Source: Acidobacteriota bacterium (GTDB lineage Bacteria > Acidobacteriota > Vicinamibacteria > Marinacidobacterales > Marinacidobacteraceae). From it: a stretch of 64,000 bases of DNA. The translations under genes and the position numbers were made by a program. The notes beneath the pieces were generated by a model that saw only the letters and a list, made by a program, of their open reading frames with translations, did no database searches and was not told where the DNA came from. Shown in pieces: positions 17,822 through 27,030 of this stretch (position 1 is the stretch's first letter; every line of letters starts with the position of its first letter). Location of the stretch: NCBI GenBank assembly GCA_009840635.1, contig VXNL01000047.1, positions 510-64,509 on the forward strand. The letters run 5' to 3'.

Positions 17822-20653
17822 ATGACTCGATCTCGAAGAGCAATTGGAGGCCTGCTGGCGCTCGGACTCATCCTTGCCGCCGGCCCGGCGTTCGGTCAGA
17901 TCACCGGCACGATCCTGGGCACCGTCTCGGATGACCAGGGGCTCGTTCTACCCGGGGCGACCGTGAGCGTCGCCTCGGAGCAGCTTCCCGGTGGTCCGCG
18001 GATGGCGGTAACGAACGCCTCCGGGCAGTACCGCTTCCCCAACCTGCCTCCCGGCGATTACACCCTCACGGTGGAACTCCCCGGCTTCGGCACCTACATC
18101 GAGGAGGGCATGCAGGTCCTGGTCGGCGGCACCGTGGAAAGGCTCGTCTCCCTCGGCCTTGCCACAGTGGCGGAAACCGTGACGGTCACCGGCGAGACCC
18201 CCGTGGTCGACACCCGGAAGTCCGGAGTTTCCACGAACTACTCGAGCGAATACATGGAGAACACGCCGCTCCGCCGGTTCAGCTTCTTCGACTTCACCAA
18301 GTCGGCCCCCGGCATGTCGGCCACGAACCCGACGAGCGGCACGAGCAGCCGGGTTTCCGCCTTCGGCTCCGGGGTCGACGAGAACAAGTACTTGATGGAC
18401 GGGGTGGACTTCACCGCCCCAGTGTCCGGCGCCGCCTGGCCCTGGCCGGCCACCGACCTGATCGAGGAAATGGAGATCGTTTCCCTCGGCGCCTCGGCGG
18501 AACACGGAAGCGCAGCGGGGGCCGTCTTCAACGTGGTGACGAAGCAGGGGACGAACGACTTCACCTTCACCGCGGCCGGTTACAAGCAGCACGCCTCGCT
18601 GACCACCCAGCCCATCAAGCTCAACGCCGACGGCGACGAGGACCCGAGCGGCTGGGGATACAACCGCGACCGCTACGACGACTACACGATCCATGGCGGG
18701 GGACCCATCATCCGCGACCGGGCTTGGCTCTACGGGAACTACCAGTACCTGCAGGACTGGGACACCCAGCCCGGGGCGGACCCGCAGTTCCCCCGGAAGT
18801 TCGGCGCCCATCGCATGTTCTGGAAACTGACGGCGGACCTCACCCCGAACGTCAAGTTCATGCACACCTACCACGACGACATCTGGGTCATCCCCTCCAC
18901 GCCGTCGGTGACACGCCCCTTCTCCACGATCGCGACCTTCAGCGGGAAGAACCCCTCGGTGACCTTCGGGCGCATCACGCACGTGCTCAGCTCCGAGACC
19001 TTCTATGAGGTTGGGGTATCGGGTTTCTACTCTCCCCGCGATCTCAGCGAATCGAACAACCCCGGAGTCCCCAATACCTACGACATCGACAACGGATTCC
19101 ACTACGGCGGTTACGCCTGGTACGACATCTTCAAGCAGGCGCGCACGGACGTGAAGGCGAAGGTCAGTCACTTCGCGAGCGACTGGATGGGGGCGGACCA
19201 CGACTTCAAGTTCGGCGTCGTGTACACGGACGGCTCCCACAGCGTGCACGGCGGCTACGTCCCCGGCCCGAACTACCCGGGCGGCGTCCGCTACTACATC
19301 AACGGCGACGGCAGTCCCTACGGGATCATCACCGGCACGACCTACAACATCGGGGGCCAGTTCAAGGAGACGTCGGCCTACGTCGAGGACGTCATCAACG
19401 TCGGGAACCGCATCACCGTGTCCGCGGGAGTGCGCGTGGAGGCGGTGCAGGGCCTCAGTCAGGACGTGCCCGACCTGCTGGTGAATGACCTGGTTGCGCT
19501 GACCTTCGACGAGCAGGGGACCGTTCCCGGCGCCGGAGAGCAGTTCAGTTGGACCAACGTCGGGCCGCGGTTCGGCTTCAACATGCGGCTCGACGACGAC
19601 GGAAAGACCGTCCTCCGCGGCAACTGGGGCCGCTTCTACCGGACCGCAATTACCGGCGAGCTGAGCGGCATCCATCCCGGGCAGGGAAGCCAGCAGGAGT
19701 TCTATTGGAACGAGGAGACCGGGCTCTACGACATCGAGGGGCCGAAGTACACGGCGAGTACCGACTTCGGGTACGACTCGAACTCCCGATCGCCGGTGAC
19801 GGACCAGATGTCCATCGGTTTCGATCGGGAACTCGGAACCAGTCTCGCCTTCAACTTCACCTACGTCCGGAAGGACCAGAACGACCTCTTGGGCTGGAAT
19901 GTGGACAACGCCACCTACACGACGGTTCCGCACACCTTCGGGAACGGACAGACGCTCGACGTCTATCCCATCACGTCGGACCCGAACGCCCGGTTCTACC
20001 GTCTCAGCAACGTGGACTGCCAGGGCGTGTCTTATCGCTGCGATCCGATGTACATGGACTACAACGGCCTCGTGTTCGGCCTCGAGAAGCGGATGTCCAA
20101 CAACTGGCAGGCGCAGGTCTCCTACGTCTGGTCGAAGGCCTACGGTCTCCTGCCCTCGAGCGGGTTCGGGGCGGCGTCGAGCCAGACCACCCGCGTATAC
20201 GGCAGTTCGCTGGCCCGGGACCCGAACCAGTTCATCAACGCCGAGGGCCATCTGTTGAACGACCGGACCCACACGTTCCGGGTCACGGGGACGCTGATGC
20301 TGCCCTACGACATCCTCTTCGGGTGGAACTACGCCTACTTCAACGGCAAGCCCTGGGCGACGCGCGACCGGGTTGAGCGTGATGTCCTGCCACAGGGTGG
20401 CCGCAGCATCTATCTCGAGAGCCCGGGCTCACAGCGACTTGAAGACCAGAACCTGCTGGACTTCCGGATTTCGACATCGGTGTTCCTCGCCGACACGACC
20501 CGGTTCGAGGTGTTCGTGGACGCGCTGAACCTGATGAACTCGACGTCAACCGAGGACGTAGCGTCCCAGACCTGGGACTCCAGCGTGTTCGGCATCGGCG
20601 AGCGCTGGGTGGATCCCCGGCGGCTCATGATCGGCGTCAAGATCACCTACTGA
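17822..20653 (+). CDS. TonB-dependent outer-membrane receptor with N-terminal carboxypeptidase-regulatory-like domain
   Basis: A signal peptide is followed by the CarbopepD_reg-like segment TGTILGTVSDDQGLVLPGATVSV...YRFPNLPPGDYTL, a plug and a beta-barrel. The C-terminus ends in an aromatic residue (KITY). Confidence 0.9.
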   Translation: MTRSRRAIGGLLALGLILAAGPAFGQITGTILGTVSDDQGLVLPGATVSVASEQLPGGPRMAVTNASGQYRFPNLPPGDYTLTVELPGFGTYIEEGMQVLVGGTVERLVSLGLATVAETVTVTGETPVVDTRKSGVSTNYSSEYMENTPLRRFSFFDFTKSAPGMSATNPTSGTSSRVSAFGSGVDENKYLMDGVDFTAPVSGAAWPWPATDLIEEMEIVSLGASAEHGSAAGAVFNVVTKQGTNDFTFTAAGYKQHASLTTQPIKLNADGDEDPSGWGYNRDRYDDYTIHGGGPIIRDRAWLYGNYQYLQDWDTQPGADPQFPRKFGAHRMFWKLTADLTPNVKFMHTYHDDIWVIPSTPSVTRPFSTIATFSGKNPSVTFGRITHVLSSETFYEVGVSGFYSPRDLSESNNPGVPNTYDIDNGFHYGGYAWYDIFKQARTDVKAKVSHFASDWMGADHDFKFGVVYTDGSHSVHGGYVPGPNYPGGVRYYINGDGSPYGIITGTTYNIGGQFKETSAYVEDVINVGNRITVSAGVRVEAVQGLSQDVPDLLVNDLVALTFDEQGTVPGAGEQFSWTNVGPRFGFNMRLDDDGKTVLRGNWGRFYRTAITGELSGIHPGQGSQQEFYWNEETGLYDIEGPKYTASTDFGYDSNSRSPVTDQMSIGFDRELGTSLAFNFTYVRKDQNDLLGWNVDNATYTTVPHTFGNGQTLDVYPITSDPNARFYRLSNVDCQGVSYRCDPMYMDYNGLVFGLEKRMSNNWQAQVSYVWSKAYGLLPSSGFGAASSQTTRVYGSSLARDPNQFINAEGHLLNDRTHTFRVTGTLMLPYDILFGWNYAYFNGKPWATRDRVERDVLPQGGRSIYLESPGSQRLEDQNLLDFRISTSVFLADTTRFEVFVDALNLMNSTSTEDVASQTWDSSVFGIGERWVDPRRLMIGVKITY

Positions 20654-20673
20654 CCGTACGGGTAAGCCCATTT

Positions 20674-20708
20674 CGGGGCGGGGGCCTTCGGGCCTCCGCC
20701 CCTTTCTC
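20674..20708 (+). terminator. rho-independent terminator after the TonB receptor gene
   Basis: ggggcgggggcc-TTCG-ggcctccgcccc forms an 11-bp stem (one G-U pair) with a UUCG tetraloop, followed by TTTCTC. Confidence 0.6.
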
Positions 20709-20710
20709 GT

Positions 20711-22870
20711 ATGTTCTCCGGCGTGAAAGGCCCGTTCCCGAAGCGCCTCGCGCTCGCGCTGGCGTTTGCGGCGCTGTCATTCACTGCGGCGCCCGCGCAG
20801 GACGGGTCGGATATCCGCAAGCAGGAAGCCGAGGCGCACTTCCAGCACGGCCTGCGCATGGTCGGCCTCCGGAACAACGACCGGGCCATCGAGCTCTTCC
20901 AGTACGCGATCGCGCTGGATCCGGACCATGCGGGCGCCCACTTTTACGTGGGCCTCGCCTACATCCAGCGCGGTTACACCAGCCTGCGGCGCGCCGACCA
21001 CCACCTCTCGCGCGCCATCGCGATTGACGGCTCGAACCCCAGGCAGTACCACTGGCGGGGCATCGCCCGATTGCGGCTCGGGGACTACCCGGCGGCCACC
21101 GCGGACTTCGAGGTGGTGCTGCGCGAGACCCCGGACAGCGCCACCACCCTGCGGGCGCTCGGGGCCGCGCTGCTCCGGATGGGCGCTCCCGGCCCGGCTG
21201 GCGCCGCACTACGCCAGGCGGTCGACCTCGAGCCCGAGTTGCTCGAGACGCGCTGGAACCTGATGGTGGCGGCGGAGCGCGCCGGCGACGATCCGGACGC
21301 GCTTCCGGAGCGCTACCGGCTCGACATCCCGGATCGTGGCCGAGAGTCTCCGTTCCGCTTCGAGGAAGTCTCGGCCGAGATCGGGATCGAACGCTGGTCG
21401 CGCGCCCGGGGCAGCGGGTGGGACGACTTCGACGGTGACGGGGACCTCGATCTGGTTGCCCTCGGTATCCGGGACCCGCACGCGCTCTACCGCAACCGGC
21501 TCGTGGAGGACGGCGACGCCACCTTCGAGGCAGCCTCGCTCGACGCGGCGCTCTTCGATCCGCGCGGCGGCTGGTCGGCGCTCTTCTTCGACTACGACCG
21601 GGACGGCGATCCCGATCTCCATGTCACGCGGGACGGCTGGGACGGTGAGGACGCGAACAGCCTCTATCGAAACGATGGCGGCCGCTTCGTGGACGTGGCG
21701 GCTGCCGCCGGGGTCGCGAGCTCGGCGGACGGGTTTACGGCAACGGTCGCCGACGTGAACCGGGACGGTCTGCTCGACCTCTACGTCGCCAACGGGGTGG
21801 CGACCCGGGGAGGCGCCCCCAACGAACTCTTTCTGGGCGCGCCGGACGGCCGTTTCGTCGAGCGCGGGGAGGCGATGGGGGTGGCGGACCACGGCCGCTC
21901 CGTCGGATCCGCCTTCGGGGACTACGACGGTGACGGCTGGCCCGACCTGCTGGTCGTCAACTTCTTCGACGGCCCCGTGCTCTACCGGAACCTGGAGGGC
22001 GGCGGTTTCGAGGACGTCTCGGCGCGAGCCGGCATCGCCGCTCCGCACGAGGGGTTCGTCGGGTTCTTCTTCGACTACGACAACGACGGCTGGCTGGATG
22101 TCTTCGTCGTGGGATTCGCGTCCGACATGGAGGTCGCCCTCCAGAGCCGGATCGAAGGCAGGGCGGTCCACGAAGGGAGCCGGCTGGCGCTCTACCGCAA
22201 CGACCGCGACGGCACCTTCACCGACGTCACGACCGAAGCCGGGCTCTCCTGGAACCTGGGCGCCATGGCGGCCACCTTCGGCGACTACGATAACGACGGC
22301 TGGCTGGACATCTTCATCGGCGTCGGCGCGCCGCCCATGGAGCGGTTCGAGGCGAACCGGCTGTTCCGCAACCTTGGTGACGGAACGTTCGCCGACGTCA
22401 GCGCCGCGGCCGGCGTGGACGACCTGGGGAAGGGGCACGGCGCGACCTTCGCCGACCCCGATCACGACGGCGACCTGGACCTCTTCGTGCCCATCGGGGG
22501 CGCGTTTCCGGGCGATCGCCAGCGAAGCCGCTTCTACCGGAACCCCGCGGCGCAGCTCCCGCATCCGAACGGCTGGCTACACATCCTGCTCCGGGCCACG
22601 AGTCTCCATCCCGACGCCGTGGGCGCCCAAGTCGCGGTCCGGGTCACCGACGCTCCGCAGGCGCCGGTGCAACTCCAGGAGGTCGCGGTCGGCGGGGGCT
22701 TTGGGGTGACGCCGAGTCCGATCCTGGAGTTCGGCCTCGGGCAGCACCAGACGGTGGCGGAGGTCACGATCCGGTGGCCGGGCGGCGGTCATCGCGTGCT
22801 GCGGAGCGTCCCCGCCAACCAGCGGATCCTGGTGGTCGAGGACCAACCGGGGTATCAGGTTCTGGAGTAG
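20711..22870 (+). CDS. CRTAC1-family protein: N-terminal TPR, FG-GAP/VCBS repeats, C-terminal ASPIC/UnbV domain
   Basis: 719 aa with a signal peptide, a TPR region (aa 30-190), repeated FGDYDGDGWPDL-like FG-GAP motifs and a UnbV_ASPIC-like C-terminus. Confidence 0.85.
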   Translation: MFSGVKGPFPKRLALALAFAALSFTAAPAQDGSDIRKQEAEAHFQHGLRMVGLRNNDRAIELFQYAIALDPDHAGAHFYVGLAYIQRGYTSLRRADHHLSRAIAIDGSNPRQYHWRGIARLRLGDYPAATADFEVVLRETPDSATTLRALGAALLRMGAPGPAGAALRQAVDLEPELLETRWNLMVAAERAGDDPDALPERYRLDIPDRGRESPFRFEEVSAEIGIERWSRARGSGWDDFDGDGDLDLVALGIRDPHALYRNRLVEDGDATFEAASLDAALFDPRGGWSALFFDYDRDGDPDLHVTRDGWDGEDANSLYRNDGGRFVDVAAAAGVASSADGFTATVADVNRDGLLDLYVANGVATRGGAPNELFLGAPDGRFVERGEAMGVADHGRSVGSAFGDYDGDGWPDLLVVNFFDGPVLYRNLEGGGFEDVSARAGIAAPHEGFVGFFFDYDNDGWLDVFVVGFASDMEVALQSRIEGRAVHEGSRLALYRNDRDGTFTDVTTEAGLSWNLGAMAATFGDYDNDGWLDIFIGVGAPPMERFEANRLFRNLGDGTFADVSAAAGVDDLGKGHGATFADPDHDGDLDLFVPIGGAFPGDRQRSRFYRNPAAQLPHPNGWLHILLRATSLHPDAVGAQVAVRVTDAPQAPVQLQEVAVGGGFGVTPSPILEFGLGQHQTVAEVTIRWPGGGHRVLRSVPANQRILVVEDQPGYQVLE

Positions 22871-22879
22871 CCGGTCGGC

Positions 22880-22924
22880 CTCGGAGCGCCAGCCTCCGGC
22901 TGGCATCGCGCGGGAGCGCGAAAC
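22880..22924. repeat. REP family B unit, forward: ctcggagcgccagcctccggctggcatcgcgcgggagcgcgaaac
   Basis: About 45 bp made of two tandem hairpins. An inverted partner lies at 23038-23085, and a third copy at 35675-35719. Confidence 0.55.
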
Positions 22925-23037
22925 CCGCACCTGCTGGCGCTCCTCCCCGTGAACGTGGGGCCGATGTTCGGCTTCTTCCGGGCGCCGTTGCGCCGGTCCG
23001 AGTTGGGGTCACGCTTTCGGAACCGGTCGAGGCGTGC

Positions 23038-23085
23038 GTTTCGCGGCCGACGGCCGCGATGCCGGCCGGAGGCCGGCGCTCCGAG
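23038..23085. repeat. REP family B unit, reverse orientation
   Basis: gtttcgcggccgacggccgcgatgccggccggaggccggcgctccgag is the reverse complement of the family B consensus. Together with 22880-22924 it brackets about 115 bp. Confidence 0.55.
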
Positions 23086-23151
23086 TTCACAGCCGTTTCC
23101 GCCATTCGCATCCGCAGTCGGCCCGGCCGCCCCCTTACGATACGAGCCGGC

Positions 23152-24690
23152 ATGCAAACCGTTCTCGATCGGCTGGGACTCGGGGAGGGCGCTCCCGGCG
23201 TCTGCACCGGCCCGGAGGGCTGGATCCTCACCGGCGAGCCGCCGCTCGTCTCCCTGAACCCCTCGACGGGCGAGCCCATCGCCTCGGTCATTCCGGCGGA
23301 CGCCCGGGCGGCCGAGCGGGTCGTGACGGAAGCGGCGGAGACCTTCGGTTCGTTCCGCGAACTGCCGGCGCCGAAGCGCGGCGACCTGGTGCGCGACCTG
23401 GGAAGCGCGCTCCGCGACGACAAGGAGCCGCTCGGGGACCTGATCGCGCTCGAAGCCGGAAAGATCCAGGCGGAGGGCCATGGCGAAGTTCAGGAGATGA
23501 TCGACATCTGCGACTTCGCGGTGGGCCTTTCCCGCCAGCTCTACGGGCTCACCATGGCCTCGGAGCGGCCGGGCCACCGGATGTTCGAGCAGTGGCATCC
23601 GCTCGGTCCCATCGGCGTCATCACCGCCTTCAACTTCCCCATGGCGGTTTGGTCCTGGAACGCGGCGGTTGCCACGGTCTGCGGCGATCCGGTGATCTGG
23701 AAGCCGTCGGAACACACTCCGCTCTGCTCCGTCGCCGTGCAGAACATTGCGAACCGGGTGATGGACGACCACGGCGTCTCCGGGGTCTTCAACCTGCTGG
23801 TGGGCGGCGGGGAGCTCGGCGCCGGGCTCGCCGCCGACCGGAGGCTGCCGCTGATCTCCTTCACCGGTTCCACCCGGGTCGGCCGGAAGGTCGCCACCGA
23901 GGTTGCCGGCCGGCTGGGCCGCTGCCTGCTGGAGCTCGGCGGCAACAACGCGGTGGTGGTCAGCCGGAACGCCGATCTGGACCTCGCGGTCCGGGCCATC
24001 GTCTTCGGGTCGGTGGGCACCACCGGTCAGCGCTGCACGACCACCCGCCGGGTGCTGGCCGACCGGGAGATCGCGGGACCCCTCGTGGAGCGGCTCGCCG
24101 ACGCCTACCGGCAGGTTCCCATCGGGGACCCGCTCGATCCGGCGACCCTCATGGGGCCGCTGATCTCGGCCGACGCCGTCGCAGCGATGCAGGGCGCGCT
24201 CGAGCGCGTGGTTGCCGACGGCGGAACCGTGGTCTGCGGCGGGGGGCGGCGTCCCGAGATCGGCCCGAACCACGTCGATCCGGCGATCGTGAGAATGTCC
24301 GCCCAGACGCCGCTGGTGGCCGAGGAGACCTTCGCTCCCATCCTCTACGTCCTGGAGACCGAGTCCCTCGACCAGGCGATCGCCCTCCACAACGACGTCC
24401 CGCAGGGCCTCTCCTCGGCGATCTTCACCGACAGCCTCCGCGAGGCCGAGACGTTCCTCTCGGCGCGGGGTTCGGACTGCGGGATCGCCAACGTGAACAT
24501 CGGCACCTCGGGGGCCGAGATCGGCGGCGCTTTCGGCGGCGAGAAGGACACCGGCGGCGGCCGCGAATCCGGCTCGGACGCCTGGAAGGCCTACATGCGC
24601 CGCCAGACGAACACCATCAACTGGTCGAAGGACCTGCCGCTTGCCCAGGGGATCGAGTTCGGTCCCTCGGCAGGTGAAGGAGGCGCGTGA
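23152..24690 (+). CDS. aldehyde dehydrogenase, ALDH7 (antiquitin) family; alpha-aminoadipic semialdehyde / piperideine-6-carboxylate dehydrogenase-like
   Basis: Internal ATG at 23152; upstream ORF-track sequence is low-complexity. Motifs: EGHGEVQEMIDICDFAVGLSRQLYG, ELGGNNA, catalytic GQRCTT. Confidence 0.88.
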   Translation: MQTVLDRLGLGEGAPGVCTGPEGWILTGEPPLVSLNPSTGEPIASVIPADARAAERVVTEAAETFGSFRELPAPKRGDLVRDLGSALRDDKEPLGDLIALEAGKIQAEGHGEVQEMIDICDFAVGLSRQLYGLTMASERPGHRMFEQWHPLGPIGVITAFNFPMAVWSWNAAVATVCGDPVIWKPSEHTPLCSVAVQNIANRVMDDHGVSGVFNLLVGGGELGAGLAADRRLPLISFTGSTRVGRKVATEVAGRLGRCLLELGGNNAVVVSRNADLDLAVRAIVFGSVGTTGQRCTTTRRVLADREIAGPLVERLADAYRQVPIGDPLDPATLMGPLISADAVAAMQGALERVVADGGTVVCGGGRRPEIGPNHVDPAIVRMSAQTPLVAEETFAPILYVLETESLDQAIALHNDVPQGLSSAIFTDSLREAETFLSARGSDCGIANVNIGTSGAEIGGAFGGEKDTGGGRESGSDAWKAYMRRQTNTINWSKDLPLAQGIEFGPSAGEGGA

Positions 24691-25451
24691 TGCCGAGAAC
24701 CTGCCTGACTGCTCTCTTGATGGGAGCTCTCCTGGGATGCGCCGGTGAGCCGGCGGCTCCCGAGCCCGCGCCGCCGGCGCCCGATGTTTCCGCCGCGGAG
24801 GAGTTGATCGCCAGGTCCATCGCCTACCACGATCCGGACGGACTCTGGGACAGCGGCGAGATCGCGCTCCGGCTCATGGAGTCGCGGCCGAACGGGGTTA
24901 CCCGAACGGTCGAAGTGGGCATGGCGCCCGGAAGCGGCGCGATGGAAGTGCGTCGCGAGACCGGCGCCGCGGTGGTGTCGTTCGCGGTCAGCGGTGAGGA
25001 AATCCTTCGGCGCGCCGTGGACGGCGACGAGGAACTCGACGAGGCGGCGCTCGGTGAACACGGCCTCGCCGCCGAACGCGTGATGTGGCTCCGGAACTAT
25101 TACCTGTTCGTCTGGGGACTGCCGATGAAGCTGCGCGATCCGGGGACCATCGTGGACCCGGAGCCGATGATGGACTCCTACGACGGCCAGGAAGCGCTCA
25201 AGGTCCGGGTCACCTACGACCCGGAGGTCGGCGGCGATACCTGGTACTTCTACTTCCACCCGGAAACGGCCCGGATGATCGGCTACCGCTTCTACCACGA
25301 CGAGTCGGCGAACGACGGGGAGTACATCCACCTGGACGGGGAGATCGTCAGCGGCGGACTGCGGCTCCCGGCGAAACGGAGCTGGTTCTTCCACTCGAAC
25401 GAGGAGTTCCTCGGCGAGGACGAGGCGGTGTCCCTGACCGTGACGCCTTGA
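24690..25451 (+). CDS. hypothetical lipoprotein
   Basis: The ATG overlaps the ALDH stop (TGATG). A GAAGGAGG SD sits 6 nt upstream, and the lipobox is LLGCAG. Confidence 0.65.
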   Translation: MPRTCLTALLMGALLGCAGEPAAPEPAPPAPDVSAAEELIARSIAYHDPDGLWDSGEIALRLMESRPNGVTRTVEVGMAPGSGAMEVRRETGAAVVSFAVSGEEILRRAVDGDEELDEAALGEHGLAAERVMWLRNYYLFVWGLPMKLRDPGTIVDPEPMMDSYDGQEALKVRVTYDPEVGGDTWYFYFHPETARMIGYRFYHDESANDGEYIHLDGEIVSGGLRLPAKRSWFFHSNEEFLGEDEAVSLTVTP

Positions 25452-25485
25452 CACAATAGTCGGCAGAGACAGTGCATCGGCAACC

Positions 25486-27030
25486 ATGACTGCCCTCGTC
25501 CTCTCCGTTCTGTTCGTAGCGGCCCCCGGGGTCATCCAGCCGGATGCAGCACTGCTGGCCGAGGCTCGCCGCCTGCTTCGGCAGCAGGACTATGCCTCCG
25601 CGCTGGAGGTTCTGGATGCTGCCGGCCCGAAGGGCGCACAACCGGAGTTCCTTCGGTACTGGGCCGAGGCGTACGTCGGACTGCTCGACTATCCGGCAGC
25701 GGTCGCTGTGCTCGAGGACGCTCCCCCCGAACCCGAGAGCCTGGCGCTTCGCATCCGCCTGCTCGCCATGCTGAGCCGGGACGACGAGGCCCGCGAGGTC
25801 CTGGCCGAGCTGTTGGCCCTTGAACGGCGCCTTCCCGACCTTCCCCGATTGGAACTGGCGATGCAGTTGCGCGAGTCGGGTCTGGTCTCCGAGTCTCGCC
25901 GTTTGGTGGGAGCCCCGACCGCTGCGGATTCGCCCGCCCTGACGCTCGAACACGGCAGGCTCCGGCTCGCCGAGGACGACTACGAGGGCGCCCTGCCTCT
26001 GCTGGCGTCAGCCGCCTCCGCCGAAGAGCCGCCGGCGGGAGCCGCCTACGAGTTCGGCCGCTGCCTTGCACTCCTCGGACGGCGTGAGGAGGCCATCCCC
26101 TGGCTCCGGAAAGCCATTCTCGAACCCGTTGACGATTCCCTGGCCCGTTTCCGGCTGGGCCAGTTGCTCGTCCAGGATTCCGATCCCGACCTGGTTGCCG
26201 AGGGCCGGCGCCTGCTTTCCGGTCATGAGGAGAGTCGCCTGCGGGCGCGACGGCGGGACCTGCTGCTCACCCGGCTCAACGAGCACAGCGTCGTGCGCGG
26301 ATCCGTGATCGATCGGACCCCGGGGCTCGTGACCTCAAGCCGGGACGGCTGGGTCGAACTGTTGGGGTTGTTGCTGGACCGGGGCGATCCCGTGGAAGCG
26401 GCACGCGTCGCGCAGGCGGCGTCGGCCCGGTACCCCGGGGATCCGGCATTCGATATCGCCCGGGCTCGGGCGCATCTCCAATTGGGTCATCTCGGCGCGG
26501 CGGCCGAAATCCTCACTGCGTTCGTCCCGCCGATTGGCGAACCGCTCGATGGCGCCTCGCTGAGCGCCGCACGCTGGCTGGCCGACGTGAAGCTGCGTGA
26601 AGGAAATCCAGCCGCTGCATCGGTGCTCTTCGACCGCGTTCTGGAGTCGGGCGGCGAGGGAATCTCGCCGGTGATTCGCGCCGCTGCCGCCACCGCCTTC
26701 GCGATGAGCGGCAATCCCGCCCGGGCGCTGACGCTCTTTGGTCAGGTACTCGACCGCACCGCCGGTCCGGCCCGGGCCGGACCGCTGGCGGATAGCGGCC
26801 TGGTGCTCGAGATGCTCGGCCGCCCGTCAGAAGCGGAAACCCGCTACCGTCAGTCGCTTCAGGCTGATCCGGCCCACATGGCGGCATCGCTGAGCCTCGC
26901 CGAACTCCTGTTACGGACCGGACGGAACGGGGAGGCGGCCGCGGTGGTTCGGGCCGCTCTGGAACACGCTCCCGACGACGCGACTCTCCGGGAACTCCTT
27001 TCTCGGGCGGCGCTCTCGGACGCCGACTAG
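25486..27030 (+). CDS. TPR-repeat-containing protein
   Basis: 514 aa. It has a signal/TM N-terminus and multiple 34-residue helical repeats of A.......A..LL type. Confidence is moderate because A/L/R-rich sequence is common in this GC context. Confidence 0.6.
   Translation: MTALVLSVLFVAAPGVIQPDAALLAEARRLLRQQDYASALEVLDAAGPKGAQPEFLRYWAEAYVGLLDYPAAVAVLEDAPPEPESLALRIRLLAMLSRDDEAREVLAELLALERRLPDLPRLELAMQLRESGLVSESRRLVGAPTAADSPALTLEHGRLRLAEDDYEGALPLLASAASAEEPPAGAAYEFGRCLALLGRREEAIPWLRKAILEPVDDSLARFRLGQLLVQDSDPDLVAEGRRLLSGHEESRLRARRRDLLLTRLNEHSVVRGSVIDRTPGLVTSSRDGWVELLGLLLDRGDPVEAARVAQAASARYPGDPAFDIARARAHLQLGHLGAAAEILTAFVPPIGEPLDGASLSAARWLADVKLREGNPAAASVLFDRVLESGGEGISPVIRAAAATAFAMSGNPARALTLFGQVLDRTAGPARAGPLADSGLVLEMLGRPSEAETRYRQSLQADPAHMAASLSLAELLLRTGRNGEAAAVVRAALEHAPDDATLRELLSRAALSDAD

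Noticed and set aside
17948-24677. Long antisense or alternate-frame ORFs 17948..20272(-), 21209..22564(-), 22855..24390(-) and 23034..24677(+)
   Set aside because: They lie opposite or out of frame to the TonB receptor, CRTAC and ALDH7 genes, which have strong family motifs. Their composition is typical of GC-rich spurious ORFs.
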